Positions 37,934 through 39,854 of a stretch of 39,854 nucleotides of DNA are shown here, piece by piece. How positions within the stretch are numbered: the first letter of the stretch is position 1; each line of letters opens with the position of its first letter. A model generated the notes under the pieces. It searched no databases. It was not told where the DNA came from and was given only the letters and a program-made list of their open reading frames with translations. The position numbers and the translations under genes are program-made. The stretch is taken from contig NC_068991.1 in the NCBI RefSeq assembly GCF_001194135.2, positions 69,575,537 to 69,615,390 on the forward strand, in the 5' to 3' direction. This DNA comes from Octopus bimaculoides (Eukaryota).

Positions 37934-38331
37934 ATATATATATNNNNNNNNNNNNNNNNNNNNNNNNNNNNNNNNNNNNNNNNNNNNNNNNNNNNNNNNN
38001 NNNNNNNNNNNNNNNNNNNNNNNNNNNNNNNNNNNNNNNNNNNNNNNNNNNNNNNNNNNNNNNNNNNNNNNNNNNNNNNNNNNNNNNNNNNNNNNNNNNN
38101 NNNNNNNNNNNNNNNNNNNNNNNNNNNNNNNNNNNNNNNNNNNNNNNNNNNNNNNNNNNNNNNNNNNNNNNNNNNNNNNNNNNNNNNNNNNNNNNNNNNN
38201 NNNNNNNNNNNNNNNNNNNNNNNNNNNNNNNNNNNNNNNNNNNNNNNNNNNNNNNNNNNNNNNNNNNNNNNNNNNNNNNNNNNNNNNNNNTAACATTATT
38301 AACTTATGTATACATAAACGTATATGTATAT

Positions 38332-38723
38332 GTGGGAGCGCAACGGACCAGTGTTTAGGGCAGCGGACTGGCGGTCACAGGATCGCGGTTTCGATTCCCA
38401 GACCGGGCGTTGTGAGTGTTTATTGAGCGAAAACACTTGAAGCTCCACGAGGCTCTGGCAGGGGATGGTGTCGAACCCTGCTGTACTCTTTTACCACAAG
38501 TTCCTCTTAATTTTTCTTCCTGTTTCTGTTGTACCTGTATTTCAAAGGGCCGGCCTTGTCACGCTCTGTGTCACGCTGAATTTCTTCGAGAACTACGTTA
38601 AGGGTACACGTGTCTGTGGAGTGCTCAGCCACTTGCACGTTAATCTCACGAGCAAGTTGTTCCGTTGATCGGATCAACTGGAAACCTCGTCGTCGTAACC
38701 GACGGAGTGTCGTCGTCGTTGTC

Positions 38724-38770
<47 letters not shown>
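38332..38770 (+). mobile_element. SINE family A with an expanded (GTC)n-to-(GTA)n tail
   Basis: Colinear with the 4378 copy. Candidate TSD GTATATGTATAT (38320-38331) versus GTATATGCATAT (38769-38780), which is low complexity. Confidence 0.93.
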
Positions 38771-38771
<1 letters not shown>

Positions 38772-39448
38772 TATGCATATAATACATCACACTGAGTTTT
38801 CAGGCACAAAGAATTGAAACATATCTAGAAAAATCTATCTTATTGTGGTAGTTCCAGATGTAGGCTTATGGAGTTAAAAAAAAAATCACTAGAATAGAAA
38901 ATAACTAGCGTAAAATAACTTCTGAAAATTTAAAACTTTCTCCATGGAGATTTTGAAAACAATTATCTAAGTCGTGGACATCCCTTCTTTATTTCTGAGG
39001 TGGGAACCCCGAATCACATTAACTACCTCACCATACCTCATTCTAAATACAGTTGGTATTTTTGTTTTAGCAATCTTTAGCTGCTGTTTCTAGTAGTATA
39101 AGTGGGCACATAGGGTTTCCTTCATTGAAATTTCCCATCGCGCCCATTATTTCGTATCTCACCCGTTATTTGTTTGATACCGGGAAATTATTTAAACAAT
39201 GTAACAATAATCTTGGCATTATTTATTTAATAATTTCTCACTGTTTCTAGCGATGAGAATCAACGAAGACACCATTGCAAGAATATACAAACATTTCCCC
39301 CAGAATTGACCGCAAATTGGGGCATATATTTAAAATTTTATTTTCGTTTCTCAATCTCTCTCTCTCTTTTTCTGTGAGTTTAAAAAAAAAATTTTCCCAC
39401 CTAATTTACTCGACTCGCTAGTGTCACACTTAAGGTTTTTGAAGAACA

Positions 39449-39501
<53 letters not shown>

Positions 39502-39854
39502 CAACAACAAAGATAATAATAATAATAAGCGCTTTAGTGAAATGATTGCATAATACGTTTGTGAGATGACAAACAAACACAAGAAGCATTTAATGAAATC
39601 ACAAACGGGCCTGTGTGAACTCAAACAGTTCTCTAATCAATCCCATGAGGCGTCAGTTAGATTTTCTTTTTTTTTTTTATTTTGTTGTCTCTCTCTCTCT
39701 TTCTAGATTTCTTTTTGGCTGGCATATGATGATATTATTCTCAACACGTATTCACTGAATAACTAAATATGAGGAACTAAGAAATACACCGAAGACAACT
39801 GCAAAAAAAAAAAACGATTATAAGAACAAAATCACAACCATCATCATCATCATC

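Overview
AT-rich, microsatellite-dense animal genomic DNA from a draft assembly with 13 N-gaps, most of them opening out of simple-repeat tracts. The repeat families resemble those I recall from Octopus; this is inference and has not been checked by search. No protein-coding gene can be identified with confidence. Almost all ORFs in the track are microsatellite or gap artefacts. Supported content: about 17 copies or fragments of five tRNA-headed SINE families (my labels A-E), an internally deleted mariner, the 3' end of a CR1/L2-group LINE, a probable solo LTR nested in a SINE, and two weak L1/Tx1-like remnants. The most interesting signal is a set of minimal hammerhead-ribozyme (HHR) motifs. 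One lies in a 352-bp unit with a 65-bp terminal direct repeat (15711-16127, retrozyme/Penelope-like). Another lies in a Pol III (A-box/B-box) SINE family E, reconstructed from two partial copies (16690-16892 and 17401-17635). None of the HHR copies here is fully intact, so activity is a hypothesis about the family consensus.
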